64,000 nt of DNA, taken from the NCBI GenBank assembly GCA_964541395.1, contig CAZIPM010000004.1, positions 1,188 to 65,187 of the forward strand, read 5' to 3'. This DNA is from an uncultured Gammaproteobacteria bacterium. GTDB taxonomy: Bacteria; Patescibacteriota; Microgenomatia; UBA8517. The notes under the pieces were generated by a model. It did not search any database. It was not told where the DNA came from and saw only the letters and a program-made list of their open reading frames with translations. The translations under genes and the position numbers were made by a program. Shown here one piece after another: positions 47,482 to 57,856 of the stretch; position 1 is the stretch's first letter; each line of letters starts with the position of its first letter.

Positions 47482-50400
47482 ATGTCAAAAAATACCACAT
47501 CATTAAAATCTAAAAAATCAGTAAAAAAGAGTAGTAAATTGGAATTTAAAGATTTCACCGCTCCCTCATATGGTGAGATAAAGAATCTGTTAGATAAAAA
47601 ACTGGGAGTTCGACCAAAAAGACCGATAAACCTTCCTGAAGGAGATTGGACAGAACAGGCTTTAAAGGTCTTAAAAGAAAGATATTTGGTTAAAGACAAT
47701 AATTTAAGCCCTATTGAAACTCCCGAAGATATGATTTGGAGAGTTGCTTGGGAAGTGGCTTCTGCTGAAGTTAGATGGGGTGCGGGTAAACGTGAGGTAG
47801 AGAATTACGCCCGTGAGTTTTACAGTTTAATGAATTCACGAAAATTTTTGCCTAACTCACCAACCTTAATGAATGCAGGAACCGGTAACGGTCTTCAGTA
47901 CTCTGCATGCTTTGTTCTACCCGTTGAAGATTCAATGGAAGGAATATTTGATGCTATTAAATACCAGGCAATAATACATAAAACTGGTGGAGGAACAGGT
48001 TTTGCGTATTCAAGACTTCGTGAGAGTGGGTCTATTGTCAAAACTTCATCTGGCACTGCATCTGGTCCAGTTTCTTTTATGAAGATATTCGATGCTGCTA
48101 CAAACGAAGTTAAACAGGGAGGAAAAAGAAGGGGGGCAAATATGGGAATACTTAGAGTAGATCATCCTGATATTCTGGAATTTATCCATTGTAAAGAAGA
48201 AGGAGGAATTACAAACTTCAATATTTCAGTAGCTTTGACGGATTCTTTCATGAAAGCCTATCAGGAAGATAGAGATTATGATCTTATTAGTCCTAAATCA
48301 AGAAAAGTGGTAGGACAACTTAATGCCAAAAAAGTTTTTGATGAGATTGCGGATGGGGCTTGGAGGACAGGAGACCCAGGTTTAATTTTTATAGACAAGA
48401 TCAACAAAAGTACAGCAAATCCGGTTCCAATATTGGGTGATATTGAGGCTACCAACCCATGTGTGACAGGAGATACTCTAGTTTCCACAGATGAAGGTCT
48501 GGTGAGAATGAAGGATGTAGTTGAAAGTCATTTTGAAGGAGGTAAAAGACATGGAGGAAACATGGGGCTAATTATTGATAAAAGAACTCTTAAAATTGAT
48601 GATCTGGGAGTAACTGAAGGGAGAGCATTTAAATTTTTTGATAATGGAATAAAGGATACTTTGAGACTAACTACAAAAATGGGGTTTGAGTTAACAGGAA
48701 CTCTTGATCATAAAGTTCTGACACCAACTGGCTGGGTGGAGTTGAGTGATTTGAAAGAGGGTGGAAAAATTCTTATTCAAAGTGGGAAGGGTAAATTTTC
48801 TAAAAATCTGGAACTTCCATTTAAACCAGCACGCCCATTTTTTCCGAAAAAATGGAGTAAAGAATTGGGGGAGGCATTAGGATGGCTAGTTGGAGACGGT
48901 TGGTTAAGAAATGGAGATAAGAATTGCCGTGTTGGCTGGACTTTTGGTAAAAATGACATTGATAACCTGAAATATTTAAAGAACATTTTGAATAAATGGT
49001 ACGGAAGGAAAATAAATGAAGTCAGACGAGTGAGAAATACTTATCATTTGTCTTACCATGGTAAAGAATTTATCCAATTTTTTGAAAATCTCGGGATAGA
49101 ACCTGTGAAAGCTATTGATAAAAAAGTACCAGAGTTGATTTATTCTGCAACTGAAGATGCAGTTAAAGGCTTTTTAAGAGGACTTTTTACAGCAGATGGG
49201 ACTGTCAATTTCAGAATGGGCTTTAGTTCTTATGTAAGGCTTACAAGTAAATCAAGATTGCTTCTAAAAGGTGTCCAACAACTCTTACTAAATCTAGGTA
49301 TGATTTCACGAATTTATGACAGAAGTCGAAAACCACGAATAGGAGTTTTTGAATATATTAACAAACGGGGGAATAAAAGAAGTTACTCAACTGATGGAGT
49401 CTTGTATGAACTCCAGCTTTCGAAGGAGTCTGTAATGGTATTTCTGTCAGAAATAGGTTTTTTAAATGGGAGTCATAGTAAAGTTATCAAAAAGTTTGGC
49501 ACCAAGGGATATTATAAAGACAGATATGAAGATTATGTTGTAAATGTGGTTCCATCAGGTAAACAAAGAGTATATGATCTTACTGAGGAAAAAAGTTATA
49601 CGTTTATAACAAATGGGGTCGTAAGCTTCGACTGTGGGGAACAACCATTATACCCATTTGATGCTTGTAACTTGGGAAGTATATTTTTAACCTATTTTAT
49701 TAAAGATGGCCTGATTCAATGGGATGAACTTAAAGAAGTTACTAGGCAGTCAGTCAGGTTTTTGGATAATGTAATTGAGGTAAACCCATATCCGCTACAA
49801 CAAATAAGAAACACAGTTTTTGCCATAAGAAGAATTGGACTTGGAATAGGTGGTTGGGCCGACTTGCTACTCGAACTGGGAATCCAATACGATTCCAATG
49901 AAGCATTGGAATTAGGGGATAAATTAATGAAAACCATTCAAGATGAGGCTGTAGCCGAAACTCAAAAATTGGCAAAAATTAGAGGAGCCTTCCCACTTTT
50001 CCAAGGATCTATTTATAAAGACGAAAAACCAAGAAGAAACTCAACAGTTACCACCATTGCCCCCACAGGAACTATTTCAATAATTGCAGGATCTAGTTCG
50101 GGTATTGAACCTTTGTTTGCTGTTGCATTCCAGCACATAGTCAAAGATAAACATTTGGACAGAAGATTAACTTTTGTCAATCCAAAATTTGAACAGATTG
50201 CAAAAGAACAAGGTTTCTGGAGTCAGGAATTAATGAATAAGGTCGGGGAAAAAGGGGTGGTTAGACACATTGAAGAAGTACCTGAAAAAGTCAGAGCCAT
50301 GTTTGGTACTGCTCACGAAATAGATCCCGATTGGCATATTAAAACCCAAGCGGTCTTTCAAAAATATACGGAAAATGCAGTCAGTAAAACTATAAACCTG

Positions 50401-51171
50401 AGGCATGATGTTACAGTAGAAGATGTTAAATCTACTTATCTTCTGGCCTGGAATAGTGGTTGTAAAGGTATAACAATTTTCAGAGATGGTTGCAAAGATG
50501 TCCAGGTATTAAATTTAGGAGTTAATAACGGTGAAGCAAAGAAAGAAACCGTTCCTCAAGAACAGGTGTTTATTCAACCTGAACCCCTAAGACAAAGACC
50601 TTATGTAGTCAAGGGTTCAACTTACAGAATGAATACTCCTATGGGAACGGCATTTATTACCATTAATGAGGATTTTGAAGGTCAACCATTGGAGATATTC
50701 ATAAACGTCGGTAAAGCTGGATCTGATGTCGCTGCTATGGCTGAGGCTTTGGGAAGAACCATCTCAACAACATTGAAATTCAGGGGTAACATATCGGCTA
50801 AAGAAAAAGCCAGAGAAATAGCAGAACAACTTTCAGGTATAGGCGGAAGAAGATCAATCGGTTTTGGGCCTACCAAAATCAGATCATTACCTGATGCGAT
50901 AGCTGGAGCTATTTCCGTTCACTACAACATGGGCATTAACGGTTATCACAACAGCCCTAATATCTTTGGTGAATTAAACACAAAAGATCCCAAAAGTGAA
51001 GTGGTGGCTACAATACCAAGACTTAATGAACAAAAACAGGAAACCTTATTCATGGCAGCTACTATCCCAGTAGAAAGAGCAGGGGACATCTGTCCTTCCT
51101 GTGGTGCTTCTGCCTTAGTTTTTGAAGAAGGTTGTTCCAAATGTCATGCATGCGGGCATAGTGAGTGTTAA
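47482..51171 (+). CDS. nrdJ: class II (B12-dependent) ribonucleotide reductase with intein
   Basis: PNSPTLMNAG, SACF, RRGANM, TNP|CGEQ, IAPTGT, C-terminal TSCPD-like domain and Zn ribbon. Confidence 0.95.
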   Translation: MSKNTTSLKSKKSVKKSSKLEFKDFTAPSYGEIKNLLDKKLGVRPKRPINLPEGDWTEQALKVLKERYLVKDNNLSPIETPEDMIWRVAWEVASAEVRWGAGKREVENYAREFYSLMNSRKFLPNSPTLMNAGTGNGLQYSACFVLPVEDSMEGIFDAIKYQAIIHKTGGGTGFAYSRLRESGSIVKTSSGTASGPVSFMKIFDAATNEVKQGGKRRGANMGILRVDHPDILEFIHCKEEGGITNFNISVALTDSFMKAYQEDRDYDLISPKSRKVVGQLNAKKVFDEIADGAWRTGDPGLIFIDKINKSTANPVPILGDIEATNPCVTGDTLVSTDEGLVRMKDVVESHFEGGKRHGGNMGLIIDKRTLKIDDLGVTEGRAFKFFDNGIKDTLRLTTKMGFELTGTLDHKVLTPTGWVELSDLKEGGKILIQSGKGKFSKNLELPFKPARPFFPKKWSKELGEALGWLVGDGWLRNGDKNCRVGWTFGKNDIDNLKYLKNILNKWYGRKINEVRRVRNTYHLSYHGKEFIQFFENLGIEPVKAIDKKVPELIYSATEDAVKGFLRGLFTADGTVNFRMGFSSYVRLTSKSRLLLKGVQQLLLNLGMISRIYDRSRKPRIGVFEYINKRGNKRSYSTDGVLYELQLSKESVMVFLSEIGFLNGSHSKVIKKFGTKGYYKDRYEDYVVNVVPSGKQRVYDLTEEKSYTFITNGVVSFDCGEQPLYPFDACNLGSIFLTYFIKDGLIQWDELKEVTRQSVRFLDNVIEVNPYPLQQIRNTVFAIRRIGLGIGGWADLLLELGIQYDSNEALELGDKLMKTIQDEAVAETQKLAKIRGAFPLFQGSIYKDEKPRRNSTVTTIAPTGTISIIAGSSSGIEPLFAVAFQHIVKDKHLDRRLTFVNPKFEQIAKEQGFWSQELMNKVGEKGVVRHIEEVPEKVRAMFGTAHEIDPDWHIKTQAVFQKYTENAVSKTINLRHDVTVEDVKSTYLLAWNSGCKGITIFRDGCKDVQVLNLGVNNGEAKKETVPQEQVFIQPEPLRQRPYVVKGSTYRMNTPMGTAFITINEDFEGQPLEIFINVGKAGSDVAAMAEALGRTISTTLKFRGNISAKEKAREIAEQLSGIGGRRSIGFGPTKIRSLPDAIAGAISVHYNMGINGYHNSPNIFGELNTKDPKSEVVATIPRLNEQKQETLFMAATIPVERAGDICPSCGASALVFEEGCSKCHACGHSEC
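48460..49632 (+). mobile_element. 391-aa LAGLIDADG intein ending Phe-Asp
   Basis: CVTGDT start, TLDHKV block B, LGWLVGDG and FLRGLFTADG, VYDLT block F, VVSFD/C. Confidence 0.93.
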
Positions 51172-51257
51172 AAGAAAATGAGTTTAATTATAAACGGAGT
51201 TATATTATCTTCGTGGGATAATACTACAGTATTTAATTGTATATCTTGAAGGAGAAG

Positions 51258-51776
51258 TTATATTTGCCCAACTTTCATAGGACGAAAACTAAGATAAGGT
51301 GGCTGATCTTTGATAGCTTTTTTCGGATAAAACATAACTTTACCCCGTGGTCCGGTTGCTACCCAAAAGCCGTTCGGATATTCATCTAAATGGATTGTTT
51401 GTCCCGAACCGGCAGACAATTGCTGGCTGCGTTTACCCGATCCCCAAATCATAACACTTTTGTCCAGGTTGGTAAGAAATACGTCGTTGGTTATATCCTG
51501 GTCTCTAACACCAAACGACAATGCAAATTCGTTAGGTTGTACTCCCGGGTCTCTCATGTCCGTGCCGTCACTTTCAGTAATTTTAATTAGGAGTGTTACG
51601 GGTGAAAGGAAAGGATGACCTTCATTCTCATCAGGATTGCCTCCATAAATGACCGTTACTCTTCCTCCATATTTTTGAGAGTCTAATGGATATGCCCGTT
51701 TACTGTCCGGCGACAGAACCGGAGTTCTGTATCCTTTAACCTCTAGACGTTTTTCCGTAATATCAACTCTATCCAT
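51258..51776 (-). CDS. hypothetical protein
   Basis: 172-aa ORF. Confidence 0.65.
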   Translation of the reverse strand: MDRVDITEKRLEVKGYRTPVLSPDSKRAYPLDSQKYGGRVTVIYGGNPDENEGHPFLSPVTLLIKITESDGTDMRDPGVQPNEFALSFGVRDQDITNDVFLTNLDKSVMIWGSGKRSQQLSAGSGQTIHLDEYPNGFWVATGPRGKVMFYPKKAIKDQPPYLSFRPMKVGQI

Positions 51777-51844
51777 TGCTTTTTATTATATACTTTCTAT
51801 GAAAAATAAAAACGTCAGCATATTATTATCATTTAATACAAGAT

Positions 51845-52336
51845 ATGGCAGTCTATACAAAAACAGGGGATAAAGGAAAAACAGGAACATTTGGTGGCAA
51901 AAGAATTTCCAAAGCTTCACGGCTCATAGCCGCAATTGGAGCTATTGATGAACTTAATTCATACTTGGGGATAATCGGGGGATTGGTAGAAATACAAAGA
52001 AATCTTTTTACTATTAACTCAATGTTGTCTGGTGCAAAACTTGTTTTTCCAAAAGATGCAGTTAAAAAGTTGGAAAAAGAAATTGATGAAATGGAAAGTA
52101 AATTACCTGTTCTTCAAAATTTCATTATTTATGGTGGTGATAAGAAAGCAACTCAGATTTATTATGCCAGGGCACTCACAAGAAGAGCAGAAAGGAGCTT
52201 GGTAGCAATATCCGGAGGAACTCATCCCAACAGAGAAAAGCTGATGTATTTAAACAGACTGTCAGATTACTTATTTATGTTAGCCCGGTATACAAACTTC
52301 AAAAAGAAGGCAAACGAGGTGACATGGAAGAGCTAG
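51845..52336 (+). CDS. pduO: PduO-type cob(I)alamin adenosyltransferase
   Basis: YTKTGDKG.T, G.IDELNS, RRAER, YLNRLSDYLF. Confidence 0.95.
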   Translation: MAVYTKTGDKGKTGTFGGKRISKASRLIAAIGAIDELNSYLGIIGGLVEIQRNLFTINSMLSGAKLVFPKDAVKKLEKEIDEMESKLPVLQNFIIYGGDKKATQIYYARALTRRAERSLVAISGGTHPNREKLMYLNRLSDYLFMLARYTNFKKKANEVTWKS

Positions 52337-52424
52337 ACTGCTTTTCTATATTTTGAACCAGCATTTGTGTGACGTTTAAACTCAATGCCACATATTCTTT
52401 ACTCACAGCTTTGAATGCTTGTTG

Positions 52425-53030
52425 CTAGGTTTTACCATCCTCTATCTCCTTACCTTTAAACATTGGTAAAATCTCCCTACCTACTATTTGCCCCACATTT
52501 CTTTTTAACTCACTTAACATTTCCTTACTTTTTTCTAACTCGTGAGCCATTACTACCTGATGGTATAAAGCGACATAATGTTGGGGACCATTATAAGGAT
52601 CAAAAATCACGATTTGCGGGTCAATACCAATTTGAGTAGCTACGTCAAGCGAGTCTAGGGCAAGGTACTGCGTTGATACCTCAACTGCTTCGTGTCGTAA
52701 GAATATTTTCCGTACGTCAGCATCTCTTACCAACTCAGTATTTAAAATTATCTTTGCGCCCCTCATGGTGCGTACACCCCAAGCAGGTGTTTGGCAGGCG
52801 CGTTCGATTATCTCATCCTTAAATGTTTCAAAGAATTCAAGGTCTGTTTCTTTTATATAGTCAACAATCTGGTTTTGAGCACCAACCAACGCCTCAGATT
52901 CATACTTCTTAATCCTTTCCAAGTCTACAGGTTTTAAATTAATTACATCTACATGAGCTGGAATTTCCCCAACAGATTGGATTGAGTCTACTTTATCCAT
53001 ATACGTATCAACACATTGTATCAATAACAA
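52425..53030 (-). CDS. hypothetical protein
   Basis: 201-aa ORF, LRHEAVE segment. Confidence 0.6.
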   Translation of the reverse strand: MLLIQCVDTYMDKVDSIQSVGEIPAHVDVINLKPVDLERIKKYESEALVGAQNQIVDYIKETDLEFFETFKDEIIERACQTPAWGVRTMRGAKIILNTELVRDADVRKIFLRHEAVEVSTQYLALDSLDVATQIGIDPQIVIFDPYNGPQHYVALYHQVVMAHELEKSKEMLSELKRNVGQIVGREILPMFKGKEIEDGKT

Positions 53031-53069
53031 CCTAACAAATAAATTGAGATATCAGATAAAAACATAAGT

Positions 53070-53098
53070 TTGACAAATGTGATGTAACATGTTACATT
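53070..53098 (+). promoter_or_regulatory. TA promoter with 16-bp palindrome
   Basis: TTGACA-17-TACATT; ATGTAACATGTTACAT at 53082-53097. Confidence 0.75.
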
Positions 53099-53106
53099 TA
53101 GTACAT

Positions 53107-53355
53107 ATGTTACTTAATCGAAGAACAAACGTTTTATTTGATGAGATTGATTACACTACCCTTGTTAGAATTTCTAAAAAAGAGGGAAAAACAATAGGGG
53201 AACTTGTACGTCAAGCTGTAAGAAAGACTTATAAAACGAGAAAAAAACTCACAGATAATGAAAAGGCATTTCGTATAATTAAAAAGGTAACACGAGGACT
53301 TGATTTTTCAGGAATTAATTACAAGGAATTGATTAATAATGGGAGAAAAAATTGA
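53107..53355 (+). CDS. RHH antitoxin (start revised to 53107)
   Basis: RRTNVLF...GKTIGELVRQAV. Confidence 0.8.
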   Translation: MLLNRRTNVLFDEIDYTTLVRISKKEGKTIGELVRQAVRKTYKTRKKLTDNEKAFRIIKKVTRGLDFSGINYKELINNGRKN

Positions 53356-53743
53356 AATCAAGACAATTTTAGTTGACTCTTCGTTTATATTATCAACTTT
53401 ACTGCCAGATGAGACCATACTCGCTCAATTTAAAGAACATATAGATAGCTTTAGGAGGAATGAAGTATTTTTTAAATCTTGTGAGCTTTTAAAATATGAA
53501 ATTTGCAATAGTTTAAAATCTGCTATCCTACAGAAAAGAATCAGTGCTGAAAAGGCAATGATTTTGTATTCAGCCTTTGTATTGATGAAGATTGAATATT
53601 TAGACATAGATTTCAAAAAAACTCTAAATCTTTCAATAAAGCATGATATATCTTTTTACGATGCTACTTATTTATATCTGGCAAAAACATATAAAAGTAA
53701 ATTATTAACTTTAGATAAAAAACTGGCTAAAATTTCTCAATAA
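53339..53743 (+). CDS. vapC: PIN-domain VapC toxin
   Basis: LVDSS, EICN, YDATY, LTLD. Confidence 0.88.
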   Translation: MGEKIEIKTILVDSSFILSTLLPDETILAQFKEHIDSFRRNEVFFKSCELLKYEICNSLKSAILQKRISAEKAMILYSAFVLMKIEYLDIDFKKTLNLSIKHDISFYDATYLYLAKTYKSKLLTLDKKLAKISQ

Positions 53744-53773
53744 TTCATAATAGTAAAAATGCTACAATGAAGT

Positions 53774-54112
53774 ATGGGTATATTTCCTGAAAAAGAACCA
53801 AAACTTAATGTTGTTGAGGAACATGATCAAGAAGCATCAGCTTTAAGTATCGAACATAAAGAAGTACTTACTCCAATACCTACTAATTTTAAAGCACAGG
53901 TTTATGATGACAATGGTAAACCTTTAATTTCAACACCTCAGAGCCAAACAGTAGTTATTACTATTCCTGCTGTAAACGAAGAAGAACTTAAAGCCGATGC
54001 AAAAGGAAATATCGAAGAAACCTGGACTTGGTCGGCAGTCTACTGGATCAGAAGAATTTTAAAGGCCTTACATTTTAGTAAAAAATATGTTTTTAAAGGA
54101 GAAGAAAAATGA
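53774..54112 (+). CDS. hypothetical protein
   Basis: Translationally coupled to the next gene. Confidence 0.7.
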   Translation: MGIFPEKEPKLNVVEEHDQEASALSIEHKEVLTPIPTNFKAQVYDDNGKPLISTPQSQTVVITIPAVNEEELKADAKGNIEETWTWSAVYWIRRILKALHFSKKYVFKGEEK

Positions 54113-56445
54113 TAAATCCAATTTTTCTAGATATAAACACATTAGCCTATCTTTTTATAGGTCTAATTTTCTTTATCTTTTTTTTGGCAATATTAGGTTA
54201 TGCAGGTTTTATCTTATTCAGGTATAGAGGCAGAGAGCTTAGTTCAATTGATTCGGTACTTTTGCAGATTTCAGTTCCCCGTTTAAATGAAATAAAAATT
54301 GATGCCATGGAACAATTGATCTCTTCTTTATACTCCATTAAAAAGGGAGGTTGGAAGCAAAAATTTTCAATTCAGCCCACTATTTCCTTTGAAATTGTAG
54401 CCCGGGCAGAGGATATCAAGTTTTATGTTTGGACACCTGTGGAGTTTAAAGATTTATTGGAAAAGCAAATACATGGTGCTTATTCTGATGCAGAAGTGAT
54501 GGAAGCAGAAGAAGTTAACATCTTTGAATCCGAAGGTAAAGTTGCCTATAAATCATTACAATTGGGAAAAGCCAACTTTTATCCTTTAAAAACTTTTAAA
54601 GATTTGACTACCGATATTTTAGCTTCAGTGACATCCTCAATGGCCAAAATGGGCGCCAATGAATCATCTTTAGTTCAGATTTTAATTTCTCCTGCAGAGT
54701 CTGACTGGCAAAAACAGGGAGGTAAGTTTATCTCCGATACTAAAAAGCAGGAAAGCAGTTCTGAAAGCGCCAAATATTCGGTGTCAGGTAAAACCTTGGA
54801 AGCTGTTGAAAACAAAATCAGTAAACCAGGTTTTGAGACTTCAATCAGATTAGTTGTGGTTGCCCCAACATCTGAGATTGCCAAAATGCATCTAACCAAC
54901 ATAGCTTCATCAATCGGTCAAACATCTGGGGAGCTGAACAATCTTGGTAGCCGAAAAATCTATAACAAATCAAATTTTGTTCATGATGTTTTATACAGAT
55001 ATCATCCGATGTTTAATATCATGAAAAATCACGTTTCAATTTTAAATTCGGAAGAACTGGCAACTATTTTTCATTTTCCAAACAGACAAATAACTACTCC
55101 ACATATTCACTGGTTGCATAGCAAAACAGCACCAGCACCTGCTGAAATACCTGAAGATGGACTCTATATAGGTCATAGCCTTTATAGGGGTGTCAAAAGA
55201 AAAATATGTATGGGGGACGACGACAGAAGAAGACACCTATATATTGTAGGAGCAACAGGAACAGGAAAAACTGAACTACTTAAAAGTATGATCATGCAGG
55301 ATATAAATGCAGGTAAAGGAATTTGTTTTATGGATCCTCATGGTGACGCTGTTGAGGATCTTCTTAAAAGAATCCCTCCCGAAAGAGCAGAAGACGTTAT
55401 TTACTTCAGACCATCAGATACACTCCGTCCGATGGGACTTAACCTCTTGGAGGCGAACACAGAAGACCAGAAACACTTTGTGGCAACCTCAGTCATTAAT
55501 ATGATGTACAAACTGTTTGATCCTTATAAAACAGGTATAGTTGGACCCCGTTTTGAACATGCAGTCCGAAATGCCATGTTGACCGTCATGTGTGAACCGG
55601 GTGCAACGTTTATAGAGGTTATGAGAGCCTTAACTGATGCCAGATATGTTCAGGAACTTCTACCTAAAGTGGATGATCCGATAATAAGACGATACTGGAC
55701 AGACCAAATTGCCCAAACTTCTGATTTTCACAAATCTGAAGTTTTGGATTATATCGTATCTAAATTCGGAAGGTTTGTTACTAATAAAATGATCAGAAAT
55801 ATCATTGGTCAGTCAACCTCATCTTTTTCTTTCAGGGAGGTTATGGATCAAGGCAAAATACTTCTTATCAACCTTGCCAAAGGTGAACTGTCAGAAGAGA
55901 ACTCCAACTTTTTGGGACTCATCTTGGTTCCCCGAATCTTAATGGCAGCTATGAGCCGAACTGATACTCCAGAAGACCAAAGACGTGATTTCTATCTCTA
56001 TGTTGATGAATTTCAAAACTTTGCCACCCCTGACTTTGCAGTTATATTATCAGAGGCCAGAAAGTATAAATTAAATCTGACTGTTGCCAACCAGTTTATA
56101 GGTCAGGTAGAGGAAGAAGTAAAAAATGCAGTTTTTGGTAATGTAGGTACAAAAATATCCTTCAGAGTAGGAGTAACTGATGCAAATTATCTGCAGCACG
56201 AGTTTAGTCCTGTTTTCGGAGAGGATGATCTTTTGAATGTAGAAAGATTTCATGCCTTTGTTAAAACTATAGTTAAAAATCAACCTATGACTCCTTTTTC
56301 CATAGATACTACTTTGGATATAGATAAAATCAAGGCAACCGAGGACTCAAGAGTAGCAGAGATAATTAAAGAAATGAGCCGGCTTAAGCATGGTAGGGAT
56401 GTGAGGCTGGTTGATGCAGAAATAACCAGGCGGGCAAAATTATAA
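54109..56445 (+). CDS. VirD4/TraD/HerA-like membrane-anchored ATPase
   Basis: HLYIVGATGTGKT, DPHGD, YVDEFQNF, SEARKY, ANQ. Confidence 0.9.
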   Translation: MINPIFLDINTLAYLFIGLIFFIFFLAILGYAGFILFRYRGRELSSIDSVLLQISVPRLNEIKIDAMEQLISSLYSIKKGGWKQKFSIQPTISFEIVARAEDIKFYVWTPVEFKDLLEKQIHGAYSDAEVMEAEEVNIFESEGKVAYKSLQLGKANFYPLKTFKDLTTDILASVTSSMAKMGANESSLVQILISPAESDWQKQGGKFISDTKKQESSSESAKYSVSGKTLEAVENKISKPGFETSIRLVVVAPTSEIAKMHLTNIASSIGQTSGELNNLGSRKIYNKSNFVHDVLYRYHPMFNIMKNHVSILNSEELATIFHFPNRQITTPHIHWLHSKTAPAPAEIPEDGLYIGHSLYRGVKRKICMGDDDRRRHLYIVGATGTGKTELLKSMIMQDINAGKGICFMDPHGDAVEDLLKRIPPERAEDVIYFRPSDTLRPMGLNLLEANTEDQKHFVATSVINMMYKLFDPYKTGIVGPRFEHAVRNAMLTVMCEPGATFIEVMRALTDARYVQELLPKVDDPIIRRYWTDQIAQTSDFHKSEVLDYIVSKFGRFVTNKMIRNIIGQSTSSFSFREVMDQGKILLINLAKGELSEENSNFLGLILVPRILMAAMSRTDTPEDQRRDFYLYVDEFQNFATPDFAVILSEARKYKLNLTVANQFIGQVEEEVKNAVFGNVGTKISFRVGVTDANYLQHEFSPVFGEDDLLNVERFHAFVKTIVKNQPMTPFSIDTTLDIDKIKATEDSRVAEIIKEMSRLKHGRDVRLVDAEITRRAKL

Positions 56446-56470
56446 CTTAGTGATATACTACAGCTAAATT

Positions 56471-56929
56471 ATGGAGTTTTTTAAAGGACGAAGAAATGAT
56501 GAGTGGATAACATTATCATTTCAAGAACAAAAGGATTATGCTCAGGAAGGTTATTTATATACACCATTACTTAGGGAAAAATTTATTAGGATTAGAGATA
56601 GCGGAAAAATAGAAAATGTCACTGTTCGAAGCAGAAATTTCAGCAACGAATTTCATGAATTTAAAGTTGCATCTACGCCGCAAGGCATAAGGATCGGAAT
56701 GGAAGCACGTAGGTATATTAATGGAGTTATCTTGAAAAGTATTGAATATAATGAACCAATCCCACAAAATAAAGGGCAAATATATCTTTACGATCCTTCG
56801 GACGACTGCGCAATTATAATAGACCCTGAAGAATCAAAAGCTTATACGGTTGATAGCTCAGGCCATTTCATAAATTTAGATCTGGAAACAGGATTAGAAT
56901 GGGTCGGTCAAATCTTAAATGAAACGTAA
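56471..56929 (+). CDS. hypothetical protein
   Basis: 152-aa ORF with extended -10 promoter. Confidence 0.65.
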   Translation: MEFFKGRRNDEWITLSFQEQKDYAQEGYLYTPLLREKFIRIRDSGKIENVTVRSRNFSNEFHEFKVASTPQGIRIGMEARRYINGVILKSIEYNEPIPQNKGQIYLYDPSDDCAIIIDPEESKAYTVDSSGHFINLDLETGLEWVGQILNET

Positions 56930-56986
56930 ATAACGTGCATGTTGTTTTCTTCTCTAATTTAACTTAATATCAGATCACTTACTACC

Positions 56987-57850
56987 ATGAATAATATAGG
57001 AATAATCGGCTGGGGATTTGTAGGGGAAGCAACTGGGACAGGCTTTTCAAAATCCAAACAAAATAAAATCTTCTGGTTTGATAAATACAAAGACAGTCCA
57101 AATTCGTTCGATGAAGTTGTTAAGAATTCAGAATTCATCTTCATCTGTCTGCCTACACCAATGTATCGTGATTATACTGGACAGGATATTAGTATTGTTA
57201 AAGAAGTGTTAGGCCAACTGGTACCTGTTGTATCAGGAACAAAGAAGATTGTAGTTGTTAAATCCACAGTACTTCCCGGGACAACTTCCAGTTTTGCCAA
57301 AAAATACCCCAAAGTTAATTTTGTCATGAACCCTGAATTTTTAACCCAGAAAAAGGCTAATGATGACTTTATGAATCCCGCAAGAACGGTAATCGGGACA
57401 AACAAAAAAATAGTAGGTGAAAGATTAGTGGCACTTTATAAAACAATTCTCCCTAAAAATCAGAAATATTTTCAGACGGATTTAACCTCGGCCGAGGTTA
57501 TAAAATACATGAGCAATCTGATGTTGGCAAGTAAAGTTCTTTTGGCAAATGAGTTCTATCTCCTTTCTGAAAAGGTAGGTGCCAATTATAAAGATGTCTA
57601 TAAAGCAGTAGAAGCTGATCCCAGAATAGGAAGCCACTTAGCAGTCCCCGGTTCTGACGGGGAGTTGGGTTTTGGCGGTTCCTGTTTTCCTAAAGACACA
57701 CTAGGACTATTATCTTTTGCTAAATCTAAAAAAATAGATATGAGTGCGTTGGAAGCAATCTGGAAAAAGAATTTAAAAATTAGGAAAAACCGTGATTGGG
57801 AGCACATGAACAATGCCTTTGGTAGGGGAGCATCAAATAATAATAAGTAG
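56987..57850 (+). CDS. short UDP-glucose/GDP-mannose dehydrogenase
   Basis: GWGFVG, CLPTP, KSTV.PG, NPEFL, GFGGSCFPKD. Confidence 0.9.
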   Translation: MNNIGIIGWGFVGEATGTGFSKSKQNKIFWFDKYKDSPNSFDEVVKNSEFIFICLPTPMYRDYTGQDISIVKEVLGQLVPVVSGTKKIVVVKSTVLPGTTSSFAKKYPKVNFVMNPEFLTQKKANDDFMNPARTVIGTNKKIVGERLVALYKTILPKNQKYFQTDLTSAEVIKYMSNLMLASKVLLANEFYLLSEKVGANYKDVYKAVEADPRIGSHLAVPGSDGELGFGGSCFPKDTLGLLSFAKSKKIDMSALEAIWKKNLKIRKNRDWEHMNNAFGRGASNNNK

Positions 57851-57856
57851 TAAATG

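Noticed and set aside
54109-56445. VirD4-like ATPase as a conjugative element
   Set aside because: No relaxase, VirB4 or other T4SS genes adjacent; such ATPases are common chromosomal CPR genes
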